From Acidimicrobiia bacterium (GTDB taxonomy: Bacteria; Actinomycetota; Acidimicrobiia; Spongiisociales; JAENVV01): a stretch of DNA of 64,000 bases. The translations under genes and the position numbers were made by a program. The DNA is taken from assembly GCA_041628225.1 (NCBI GenBank), contig JBFKPQ010000001.1, forward strand, positions 85,597 to 149,596. Direction: 5' to 3'. Positions 10,549 through 18,632 of the stretch are shown here, one piece after another; within the stretch, counting starts at the first letter, position 1, and each line of letters opens with the position of its first letter. The notes beneath the pieces are model-generated. The model was not told the origin of the DNA and ran no database searches. It saw only the letters and a list, made by a program, of their open reading frames with translations.

Positions 10549-11687
10549 ATGACCGCCTCACCGACCTCCGCTCCCGGCGCACCGGGTACAAGTGGGCCGA
10601 ACACGGCGCCGACGTCATCCCTGCCTGGGTCGCCGACATGGACTTCTCCATCGCTCCCGCCGTCGTCGAGGCTCTCGAGGGTTGGCTGGCCGAAGGCGAC
10701 TTCGGGTACACCCATCCTGACGACGCCGACCTGGTCACAGAAGCCGGGCGCCGCTGGTATGCCGACCATCACGGCTGGGATCCCGACCCGACCCGCATGC
10801 GGGTGTTCGGCGACGTCATGCAGGGTGTGGCGGCCGCGATCGAGGCGTTCACGGAACCGGGCGACGGTGTCATCTTGCAGACGCCGGTGTACCACCCGTT
10901 CTGGTGGGCCATCGAAGGGGCACATCGCCGGATCGTCGAAGCGCCGCTCACCGATCGTGAGGACGGCTACCGGGTGACGCGAGCAGCATTGGAGTCGGCC
11001 GTTGCCGCGGGTGGGAAGCTCCTCCTCTTCGCCAACCCGCACAATCCGACCGGCCGGGTCTTCTCGGCCGAGGAACTTGCCACGATCGCCGACGTGGCCG
11101 AAGCCCACGACCTCGTGATCGTGGCTGACGAGATCCATGCCGACCTCGTGTACGAGCCGCACCGGCACATCCCGCTTGCGGCGTTCTCTTCGGCGGCCGC
11201 GGCTCGTATGGTCACGCTGTTCTCGCCGTCGAAGGCGTTCAACCTGGCCGGTGTCGCATGCGCGGTGGGAGTCTCGGGCACGCTGGCGATGGACGAGGCG
11301 TTCGACCGGTTGCCGACGTGGTTGATGGGTCACGTCCGCCGTTCGGCGATGCTCGCTGCGACCGCCGCCTGGACACACGGCGAACCGTGGCTCGCCGAAA
11401 CCCGCGAGGTGCTGGCCGCCAACCGAGAGCGGGTCGCAGAGTGGGTGACCGGCGACCGACGGGTCGGTTTCCGAGCGCCGGACGCCACCTATCTGGCCTG
11501 GCTGGATTTCCGACCCCAGGGATGGGACACCGAACCGGCCCACCGGCTACTCGAACAGGCCGGCGTGGCCCTCAGCCCCGGCACGCAGTTCGGCGGCGCG
11601 GGCCATGCCCGACTCAACTTTGCCACCTACCCCGAGGTCCTCGACGAGATCCTGCGTCGCCTCGGCACCGCACTCGAGGAGGACTGA
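10545..11687 (+). CDS. PLP-dependent C-S lyase / class I-II aminotransferase (MalY/PatB-like cystathionine beta-lyase family)
   Basis: 380 aa; N-terminal RTGYKWAEHGADVIPAWVADMDF is typical of the PatB/MalY subfamily. PLP-lysine region SPSKAFNLAG. ATG overlaps the HMG-CoA lyase stop. Confidence 0.8.
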   Translation: MNDRLTDLRSRRTGYKWAEHGADVIPAWVADMDFSIAPAVVEALEGWLAEGDFGYTHPDDADLVTEAGRRWYADHHGWDPDPTRMRVFGDVMQGVAAAIEAFTEPGDGVILQTPVYHPFWWAIEGAHRRIVEAPLTDREDGYRVTRAALESAVAAGGKLLLFANPHNPTGRVFSAEELATIADVAEAHDLVIVADEIHADLVYEPHRHIPLAAFSSAAAARMVTLFSPSKAFNLAGVACAVGVSGTLAMDEAFDRLPTWLMGHVRRSAMLAATAAWTHGEPWLAETREVLAANRERVAEWVTGDRRVGFRAPDATYLAWLDFRPQGWDTEPAHRLLEQAGVALSPGTQFGGAGHARLNFATYPEVLDEILRRLGTALEED

Positions 11688-11688
11688 T

Positions 11689-12165
11689 ATGGATCTGGTG
11701 ATGGTCGTCGAGATTCCCAAGGGGAGTCGCAACAAGTATGAGATGGATCACGAGTCCGGCGAGATCTTCTTGGACCGGATGCTGTTCACGGCCACCCGGT
11801 ATCCGGCCGACTATGGATTCATCCCCGAGACCCACGCCGAAGATGGCGACCCGCTCGACGCCCTGGCGCTCGTGTCGGAACCCACGTTCCCTGGCTGCCG
11901 GGTGCGGATCCGTCCGATCGGTTTGTTCGAGATGGAAGATCAGGGTGCCCCCGACCACAAGGTGCTGGGCGTGCCATTGGGCGACCCCGTGTGGCGGGAC
12001 GTTCTCGACCTCGACGGAGTGCCGTCGCATCTCCTTCATGAGCTCGAGCACTTCTTCGCCGTGTACAAGGACCTCGAAGACAAGAAGACCGCCACGAAGG
12101 GATGGCACGACGCGTCCGTGGCGCATCGGGTCATCGAAGCCTCCCACGCCGCCTATCGCGCCTGA
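11689..12165 (+). CDS. ppa: Inorganic pyrophosphatase
   Basis: 158 aa family I PPase: EIPKGSRNKYEMD, DPLDALAL, LGVPLGDP, KDLEDKK. Confidence 0.9.
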   Translation: MDLVMVVEIPKGSRNKYEMDHESGEIFLDRMLFTATRYPADYGFIPETHAEDGDPLDALALVSEPTFPGCRVRIRPIGLFEMEDQGAPDHKVLGVPLGDPVWRDVLDLDGVPSHLLHELEHFFAVYKDLEDKKTATKGWHDASVAHRVIEASHAAYRA

Positions 12166-12204
12166 CCCGAATCTGTCGGCGCCGGGCGGTATCGTGCCAG
12201 CACG

Positions 12205-13776
12205 ATGACCGACGAAGCTGCTGCCGAAGACACCCGAGGCACGACCACCTCGGCGTTCGGGGTGGGCAAGCGGGAGAACCACGATGCTTCGGCGTTCTAC
12301 GCCCGGTTCACCGCTCCCGAGGTGTCGGACGACGACACGCTGGGCCCACGTCCGAGCGAGCTGGAGCTGCCCGATCCGCCGTGCATCGTCGGCGACGCCC
12401 GCAACATGGCGGCGGTGCCCGACGGTTCGGTGGCGTTGGTCGTGACGTCACCGCCGTACTTCGTGGGAAAAGAGTACGAGCAGGCCGTGATCGGCACGGG
12501 TGAGGTCGCCCGACCCGAGGTGCCGCGGTCGTACGTCGAGTATCTCGAGATGCTGCGCGACGTCTTCGCCGAGTGCAAACGGACGCTCGAGCCGGGCGGA
12601 CGGATCGCCGTCAACGTCGCCAACCTCGGCCGCAAGCCGTACCGGAGCCTGTCCGCCGATGTCATCCGCATCCTCCAAGACGACCTCGGACTGCTCCTGC
12701 GCGGCGAGATCATCTGGCAGAAGGCCGACGGAGCGTCCGGATCGGTGGCGTGGGGATCGTTCAACAAAGCCACCAACCCGGTGCTGCGCGACATCACCGA
12801 GCGGGTCATCGTGGCCTCGAAGGGTCGGTTCGATCGAGCTCGGTCACGCCAGCAGCGCATCAAGGACGAGTACCCCCACGAGAACACCATGCCGGTGGAC
12901 GAATTCATGGAGGCGACCCTCGACGTCTGGCGTATCGATGCGGAGAGCGCCCGTCGGGTCAAGCACCCGGCACCCTTTCCGGTGGAGCTGCCGCGCCGGC
13001 TCATCGAGCTGTACACGTTCGAAGACGACCTGGTTCTCGACCCGTTCCTCGGCTCCGGCACCACACTGGTCGCGGCGGTCCGGTCGGGACGGCGAGGCGT
13101 CGGTTACGACCTGGACCCGGACTACGCGGAGATCGCAGCGCATCGCTACCGGGCCGAGCAGAAGCGGCATCGGCGCCAGCGTCAGACCGAGAGCATCCAC
13201 CAGGAGCGCCTGGCCCTCATGCTGCCGCCAGAGTCGACGCCCGAAGAGCGTGCCGACCACTTCCAGCGTCGCGCCAGCAAGGAAGGGAAGAAGGCTCAGG
13301 ACCTCGCCAAGCAGGTCCTCGAAGAAGCCGGCTTTCAGATCGTCGACGAGGCCTACAAACTGCCGCGCTCGGGAGTTCACTTCAACTTCCGCGTCGTCGA
13401 CGCCAACGGCGATCGCGACTACCTCGTCGATGTATCCGGCGCCTTCACGACTGCCCGCCCCGGCCTGTTGCGCACGGACACCCTCTGGAAGACGCTGGGC
13501 CGCGCCCACGTGCTCAAGTCACTCGACGAAGAAGCCCGCCTGCTCATCATCACATCGAACCTCCCGCGGCCCGGGTCCGACGGTGACAAGGCGTTGCACG
13601 CGGTCGGGCCGGGCAGCGTGTGGGATGCCATCGAGATGTTCGATGCCGACGGCGTCAACCGCCTCGAGTCGTACGCCGAGGGCCACGTCGACCAACTCCC
13701 TGGATTCTGGACGGAAAGCGAACTCGAGAGCCGTCGCGACGAGCAGGCGTCCCGCTACTGGCACGACGAAGAATGA
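12205..13776 (+). CDS. Beta-class DNA methyltransferase (SPPY motif IV, N4-cytosine/N6-adenine type) with about 180-aa uncharacterised C-terminal domain
   Basis: Motif IV VVTSPPYFVGKEY precedes motif I LVLDPFLGSGTTLVAA (beta-class order). Catalytic region ends near residue 340. Residues about 345-523 (..GFQIVDEAYKLPRSGVHFNFRVVDANGDRDYLVDVSGAF..LLIITSNLPRPG..) have no motif I recognise. A 6-bp inverted repeat ATCGTG-ccag-CACGAT overlaps the ATG. Confidence 0.85.
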   Translation: MTDEAAAEDTRGTTTSAFGVGKRENHDASAFYARFTAPEVSDDDTLGPRPSELELPDPPCIVGDARNMAAVPDGSVALVVTSPPYFVGKEYEQAVIGTGEVARPEVPRSYVEYLEMLRDVFAECKRTLEPGGRIAVNVANLGRKPYRSLSADVIRILQDDLGLLLRGEIIWQKADGASGSVAWGSFNKATNPVLRDITERVIVASKGRFDRARSRQQRIKDEYPHENTMPVDEFMEATLDVWRIDAESARRVKHPAPFPVELPRRLIELYTFEDDLVLDPFLGSGTTLVAAVRSGRRGVGYDLDPDYAEIAAHRYRAEQKRHRRQRQTESIHQERLALMLPPESTPEERADHFQRRASKEGKKAQDLAKQVLEEAGFQIVDEAYKLPRSGVHFNFRVVDANGDRDYLVDVSGAFTTARPGLLRTDTLWKTLGRAHVLKSLDEEARLLIITSNLPRPGSDGDKALHAVGPGSVWDAIEMFDADGVNRLESYAEGHVDQLPGFWTESELESRRDEQASRYWHDEE

Positions 13777-14093
13777 ACGGCGTCGCTTACGCGGTCGTCC
13801 GGACTGACCCACCGGAGGTGTACCTCGCCGACGACGTCGACATCCTCCAGCGGTTGCTCGCACTCGAACTCGTCGCCAACACCGACCCGAGAACGCTGAG
13901 CTCCGACGGTGCCTCCGACCTACGGTCGGCCCTCCTCGACGAGCGCTGGGCCGACGCCGTCGTCACCTGGATGGATCTGGCCGATACGCCGGTCGATGTG
14001 TACACGTTCCTGCCGGTGTTCTCGCGCGACGAGCTGCCGTCGGAGTTGATCGGCGCCCAGTTGCAGTTCCGCCGGCTGTTTCGCGACGCCTGA
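13773..14093 (+). CDS. Hypothetical small acidic protein (106 aa, no Lys, net charge about -12)
   Basis: ATG overlaps the MTase stop (ATGA). Continuous ORF with coding-like composition. No recognisable motif. Confidence 0.5.
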   Translation: MNGVAYAVVRTDPPEVYLADDVDILQRLLALELVANTDPRTLSSDGASDLRSALLDERWADAVVTWMDLADTPVDVYTFLPVFSRDELPSELIGAQLQFRRLFRDA

Positions 14094-14095
14094 CC

Positions 14096-15133
14096 GTGCC
14101 GACGCTCCGCACCGAGATCACGGAGATCGTCACCGGTCTCGGCATGTTCGACTACCCCGACCTGGGCCACGCCCTCGAGGTTCGCCCACGCCACTTCGCC
14201 AACGTGCCCGACGACGCGTACGAACGATTGGCCGCCGCGTACCGGTCGGGCACGGATGCGGGCCTCATGGCCCACGCCTGGGAGAACGGCGTCCGGTTCG
14301 CTCGCTCGATGGAGGGCCTGCGCGGCCGACCTCCGTGGCTCGTCGAGTGGAAGGGAAGCCACAAGCCGCCCGGCTACGAGCAACTGCCCGCGGACCTGCG
14401 CGTCGACCACGTGTACCTGGTGTCGTGCAAGTACGGGTCGAACATCCTCACCAATTCCTCGCCGGCCAACCTGTTCGACCGTGCCCTCGGCGACCGGGCC
14501 GACGGCACCGGAGACTGGTTCGCCGATGTGGCGCCCGACGCCTACCAACAGCTGTACGACGCCTGCCGTCCGCTCGTCGAGATGCGATTGCCCGACCACG
14601 TCACCGACCTCGACCAGAGCGACCGGGATGTGCTGAAGGCCGCCATGCCACGACGTCTGCAAGGTGAGGCACTCGTGGCGTACCGCGGGTTCGCCGACGC
14701 GGTGGCGGCAGCTTCGTCGGACCGGTGGTCGGCCGCGCTGCCGAACAGCCGCGCCCGAGAGCAGATGGTGTGGCGCCTGCTCCGTCTCGAAGCCGCCCCG
14801 TACTTCGTGCTGGGCGAATCGGCCGACAGCCGAGCGTTGGCCTACCGGGTGTCGACACCGTGGGACCTACGGGCGACCTACCGGTTCCGGTCGTTCACCC
14901 AGTGGGGCGAGACCGACCGCGGCCAGCCGGTGGTGGGGTGGCGGGCCGTGTTCCAAGACTTGGGGTCGGGTATCGAACGCACCGTCGAGGGCCACGTCGA
15001 GGTGCGATGGAGTCACGGCAAGTTCGCTCGACCACCGGAGGCGAAGGTGTACCTCGATACGCCGCACCATCAAGTCCCCGGCTACGTTCCCCTCGTCCTC
15101 CCGCGTGGCGACAACCTGTTCGGTGGGTCATGA
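14096..15133 (+). CDS. Hypothetical protein (345 aa) with a possible PD-x(n)-SxK nuclease-like motif
   Basis: GTG start 2 nt after the previous stop, and its stop overlaps the next ATG. Contains LPADLRVDHVYLVSCKYG, reminiscent of PD-(D/E)xK variants with SxK. That assignment is inference only. Confidence 0.55.
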   Translation: MPTLRTEITEIVTGLGMFDYPDLGHALEVRPRHFANVPDDAYERLAAAYRSGTDAGLMAHAWENGVRFARSMEGLRGRPPWLVEWKGSHKPPGYEQLPADLRVDHVYLVSCKYGSNILTNSSPANLFDRALGDRADGTGDWFADVAPDAYQQLYDACRPLVEMRLPDHVTDLDQSDRDVLKAAMPRRLQGEALVAYRGFADAVAAASSDRWSAALPNSRAREQMVWRLLRLEAAPYFVLGESADSRALAYRVSTPWDLRATYRFRSFTQWGETDRGQPVVGWRAVFQDLGSGIERTVEGHVEVRWSHGKFARPPEAKVYLDTPHHQVPGYVPLVLPRGDNLFGGS

Positions 15134-15552
15134 AGCGCCCCGAACTGCGATTCGCCGGACCGGTGCTCGACGCGGCGCAGCCGCTCGAACTCGCCGCCTT
15201 CTATGAGCGGCTCCTCGGCTGGCCCATCGTCCGCTCGGAAGGCCCGCGAGCCGGGTACCCGCCCGAAGATGGCTGGGCGCTGCTTCGCTCGCCGGACGGC
15301 ACCCAGAAGATCGAGGTCCAATGGGAACCCGACTACCTACCGCCGACGTGGCCGTCAGAGGCGGGTCGGCCGTTGATGATGATGCACCTCGACTTCGGCG
15401 TTACCGACGTCGACGAGGGTGTGCGCTGGGCGGTCGAGTGCGGTGCCACCGTCGCCGGCCACCAGCCCCAAGTCGACGTTCGCGTCATGCTCGACCCCGA
15501 GGGCCACCCGTTCTGCCTGTTTCTCGACGGTGATCAGGCGCTCGCCGACTAG
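15130..15552 (+). CDS. VOC-family (glyoxalase/bleomycin-resistance fold) protein
   Basis: 140 aa with typical VOC beta-alpha-beta-beta-beta text (LAAFYERLLGW.., HLDFGVTDVDEGV, HPFCLF). ATG overlaps the previous stop (ATGA). Confidence 0.7.
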   Translation: MKRPELRFAGPVLDAAQPLELAAFYERLLGWPIVRSEGPRAGYPPEDGWALLRSPDGTQKIEVQWEPDYLPPTWPSEAGRPLMMMHLDFGVTDVDEGVRWAVECGATVAGHQPQVDVRVMLDPEGHPFCLFLDGDQALAD

Positions 15553-15834
15553 ACCGCCGCGTACCGGCGAGCGAACTCTCGCACCTGTTGGTTGAAGGCG
15601 GCCGGCCGCGTGACACTGCAGGCGTGACCTGTGTCTTCCACCGTGGCCACCTCCACGTCGGGGCGGGCGGCGAGCAGGTCGGCTTCCTCGTGAGTTCGTG
15701 GCGAAGGGCGAGGCGATTGAGTTCCAGTACCGCCTCGGGGTCGACCTCGTCGTATTCGCGGATCTCCATGTCTCGATTCCACCACGCGCTCGTCGGTGGC
15801 GGGCGGCTCGCGGCCGAACACCTGGCTCAGGACG
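15549..15834 (-). pseudogene. Decayed remnant of an alpha/beta-hydrolase-like gene (frame-disrupted)
   Basis: Minus-strand text in two frames: MEIREYDEVDPEAVLELNRLALRHEL in one frame, then ..ARPDVEVATVEDTGHACSVTRPAAFNQQVREFARRYAAV (typical hydrolase C-terminus with catalytic His) in another. No intact ORF of hydrolase length. Confidence 0.3.
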
Positions 15835-16389
15835 TCACCTGTCGATGATCCCCGCCACGAGGAGCAGGAGCGCGGTCAGGCTGAGGCCGTCGCTGATGGC
15901 TTGCCGAGCCACCAGGTCGGCCACCTCGGTGCGGGTCACCCACCGCACCTGCCGGACCTCGTTCGGATCGAGGTCACCCTCTCGATTCGCGGCCCGCGCC
16001 ACCGCCACATAGAAATCCGCCGTCGTCATACCGGCCATCGGCCGATAGCGGTACGCGACGGCGACGTCCGAGACCGCGTAGCCGGTCTCCTCGAATGTCT
16101 CCCGAGCTGCGGCGTCCTCGGTGGTCTCGCCAACGTCGATGCGGCCCGCCGGAATCTCCCAGCCGATCGAGTCGGTGGGGTAGCGATACGCCTCGATCAT
16201 GAGCAACCGGTCAGCCTCGTCGAACACGAGCACGCCGACAGCGGGACTCGGGAAGTCGACGACGTGGTAGTCGTCGATGACGAGCCCACCCGGCATCTGC
16301 ACGCGGTCGAGATGCAGAGCCACGTAGTCCGAGGAGTAGACCGTCCGGCGGTCGTGGCGTGTCGGTCGATCGGGCGGCACGCGCCGCAC
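15835..16389 (-). CDS. NUDIX hydrolase (ADP-ribose pyrophosphatase-like)
   Basis: Nudix box GRIDVGETTEDAAARETFEETG within a 184-aa ORF. Confidence 0.85.
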   Translation of the reverse strand: MRRVPPDRPTRHDRRTVYSSDYVALHLDRVQMPGGLVIDDYHVVDFPSPAVGVLVFDEADRLLMIEAYRYPTDSIGWEIPAGRIDVGETTEDAAARETFEETGYAVSDVAVAYRYRPMAGMTTADFYVAVARAANREGDLDPNEVRQVRWVTRTEVADLVARQAISDGLSLTALLLLVAGIIDR

Positions 16390-16394
16390 CCTAC

Positions 16395-17300
16395 CTACGG
16401 CATCGCCAAGAAACGTTCGCCGCCCGTGCCCAGGTGTCGTACCCGCAGCAACAGTTCTCCGGCATCTTCCGGGACCGCGCGACAGATGATGCCGACGGCC
16501 GAATCACCCGGCGCCAGATCTTCGGCACCTTCCGTGAGGGTTCCGTACTGCTCCGTTTCGCAACTCGCATCGGTGCCGTATTCGGTCGAACCGTCGACGA
16601 GCGCGAACTCCAGGACGTCGCCGTAGCGGATCGAGGATTCGGGCCCTGTGTAGGTGAGTCCGATGCCGACCGTTGCGAGCCGGTTGCCCGAGGCGGCGGG
16701 ATCTCCTCCGAGCTCCACGATGATCTCTTCGTCGTCGGCCGTCGCAAACGTCACGTTGATGAGCCAGCCATCGAGGTCGGCGATGAATCCGTAGTCGATC
16801 GGGTCATCCGGCGAGGTGCCTTCTGCCGAGAGATCATTGGAGGAAGGCCGGATATCGGCGCATTCGGCCATCCTCCAGCCGTCTTCATAGACCCACTCGG
16901 CCGGTACCGACTCGCGGAACGGTTCGGCGGTTCCGACGACCTCCAGCGTCACCGTCGCCGAGTCCCCTTCGAACGATGTGATCGTCACGTCACCTGGCTC
17001 CAGACCAGACAGGTCGATATTGGCGAGATCGATGCTGAACCGGCGGCCATCGAGGAACGACTCGACGGCAGGAAAACCGAGATCCGTGCGACAGTCGACC
17101 GTGAGAAGGTCGAACCAGGCTGCGTCGTCGGCGGACCGGAAGGCTTCGAACGCCGCGATGGCGGCGTTCTCGAGATCTGCCTCCGTTCCGACCCCACCGC
17201 CGCCAGGCGGAAGCCCGGCCGTGCCCTCGTCCGGTTCGGCCTCGCCTCCACACGCCACCCAGACCAGCACCAGCAGCGCAAACAACGTTGCTCTCTTCAT
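16395..17300 (-). CDS. Putative lipoprotein, unknown function
   Basis: Start re-picked at internal ATG: MKRATLFALLVLVWVACGG (signal peptide plus lipobox), then acidic/Gly-rich mature region. The upstream 117 aa of ORF 16395..17651 is wrong-frame text. Confidence 0.6.
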   Translation of the reverse strand: MKRATLFALLVLVWVACGGEAEPDEGTAGLPPGGGGVGTEADLENAAIAAFEAFRSADDAAWFDLLTVDCRTDLGFPAVESFLDGRRFSIDLANIDLSGLEPGDVTITSFEGDSATVTLEVVGTAEPFRESVPAEWVYEDGWRMAECADIRPSSNDLSAEGTSPDDPIDYGFIADLDGWLINVTFATADDEEIIVELGGDPAASGNRLATVGIGLTYTGPESSIRYGDVLEFALVDGSTEYGTDASCETEQYGTLTEGAEDLAPGDSAVGIICRAVPEDAGELLLRVRHLGTGGERFLAMP

Positions 17301-17450
17301 GCAACCCCCCTTTCGTGCGAGGCTACCCACGCCGACGAGCTCGTGGCGGTGGGTGATCGCCCGGTGCCAGCCGGGTTGCTCGACCTGGCCGTGCCACGTG
17401 TGTGGTGTGCGGAATACACTGGCGGCACCACCTCGCATCGGAGTGATTCC

Positions 17451-18632
17451 ATGGCCGTCGCCACGCCAGACCCCCTCGACTTCTTCGACCTGCGGTCGCA
17501 GCTGTCCGACGAGGAGCAGATGATCCAGGACACCGTCCACCGCTTCGTCCACGACAAGGTCCTGCCCGACGTTGCCGACTGGTTCGAGGAGGGAACGTTC
17601 CCCATCGAGATGGCGAAGGAACTGGGCGCGTTGGGCCTTCTCGGCATGCATCTAGAGGGATACGGATGCGCGGGCACCAACGCGGTGTCGTACGGGCTCG
17701 CGTGCCTGGAACTCGAAGCCGGCGATTCGGGGCTCCGCAGCCTCGTTTCGGTGCAGGGATCCCTCGCCATGTTCCCCATCTGGAAGTTCGGATCCGAAGA
17801 GCAGAAGCACGAGTGGCTGCCGCGCATGGCGGCCGGCGAGGTCATCGGATGTTTCGGCCTCACGGAACCCGACTCCGGTTCGGACCCCGGCTCGATGCTG
17901 ACCCGCGCCAAGCGCGATGGATCCGACTGGATCCTCAACGGGCGCAAGATGTGGATCACCAACGGCAACGTGGCCCAGGTGGCCATCGTGTGGGCCCAGA
18001 CCGACGAGGGGATCCGCGGGTTCATCGTCCCCACCGACACGCCCGGGTTTTCCGCCAACCTCATCCACAAGAAGCTGTCGCTGCGGGCGTCGATCACCTC
18101 CGAGCTAGTGCTCGAGGATGTACGGCTGCCCGACCACGCCGTTCTTCCAGACGTCGTCGGGATGCGCGGCCCACTCAGCTGCTTGAGCGAAGCTCGCTAC
18201 GGCATCGCCTGGGGGTCGATGGGTGCGGCGCGCGCCTGTTACGAGGCGGCGCTCGATTACGCCAAGGAGCGTGAGCAGTTCGGCACCCCGATCGCGGCGT
18301 TCCAGCTCACCCAGGACAAGCTCGTCCAGATGCTCATCGGCTACACGCAGGGCCTCCAGACGGCGTTGCGGCTCGGGAGGCTGAAGGACGAGGAACGGGT
18401 TCACCCTGCCCACATCAGTTTCGGCAAGAAGGCCAACGTTCGTGCGGCGCTCGAGATCGCGCGGTCGGCCCGGTCCGTGCTCGGAGCCAACGGCATCACC
18501 CTCGAATACCCGGTGATCCGCCACATGAACAACCTCGAATCGGTCTACACCTACGAGGGCACCAACGAGATCCACACGCTCATCCTCGGTCAGACCATCA
18601 CGGGGTTGCCGGCCTTCAAGCGGGAACGATGA
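17451..18632 (+). CDS. Glutaryl-CoA dehydrogenase / acyl-CoA dehydrogenase
   Basis: 393 aa ACAD: CFGLTEPDSGSDPGSM, WITNG, YEGTNEIHTLILG. Close to GcdH-type sequences (ARYGIAWG, catalytic E in YTYEGT). Start at internal ATG of ORF 16359..18632, whose N-terminal 364 aa overlaps the lipoprotein gene on the other strand. Confidence 0.85.
   Translation: MAVATPDPLDFFDLRSQLSDEEQMIQDTVHRFVHDKVLPDVADWFEEGTFPIEMAKELGALGLLGMHLEGYGCAGTNAVSYGLACLELEAGDSGLRSLVSVQGSLAMFPIWKFGSEEQKHEWLPRMAAGEVIGCFGLTEPDSGSDPGSMLTRAKRDGSDWILNGRKMWITNGNVAQVAIVWAQTDEGIRGFIVPTDTPGFSANLIHKKLSLRASITSELVLEDVRLPDHAVLPDVVGMRGPLSCLSEARYGIAWGSMGAARACYEAALDYAKEREQFGTPIAAFQLTQDKLVQMLIGYTQGLQTALRLGRLKDEERVHPAHISFGKKANVRAALEIARSARSVLGANGITLEYPVIRHMNNLESVYTYEGTNEIHTLILGQTITGLPAFKRER

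Noticed and set aside
10290-11543. 417-aa minus-strand ORF antisense to the C-S lyase gene
   Set aside because: Spurious antisense ORF; the plus-strand gene has clear PLP-enzyme homology.
12297-13064. 255-aa minus-strand ORF and 435-aa/337-aa alternative plus-frame ORFs inside the MTase gene
   Set aside because: All are Arg/Ser/Pro-rich alternative-frame readings of the MTase coding sequence. The MTase frame carries motifs IV and I.
16359-17450. N-terminal 364 aa of the 757-aa ORF containing gcdH
   Set aside because: Overlaps the lipoprotein gene on the opposite strand and has no ACAD similarity. Acyl-CoA dehydrogenase homology begins at the internal ATG (17451).
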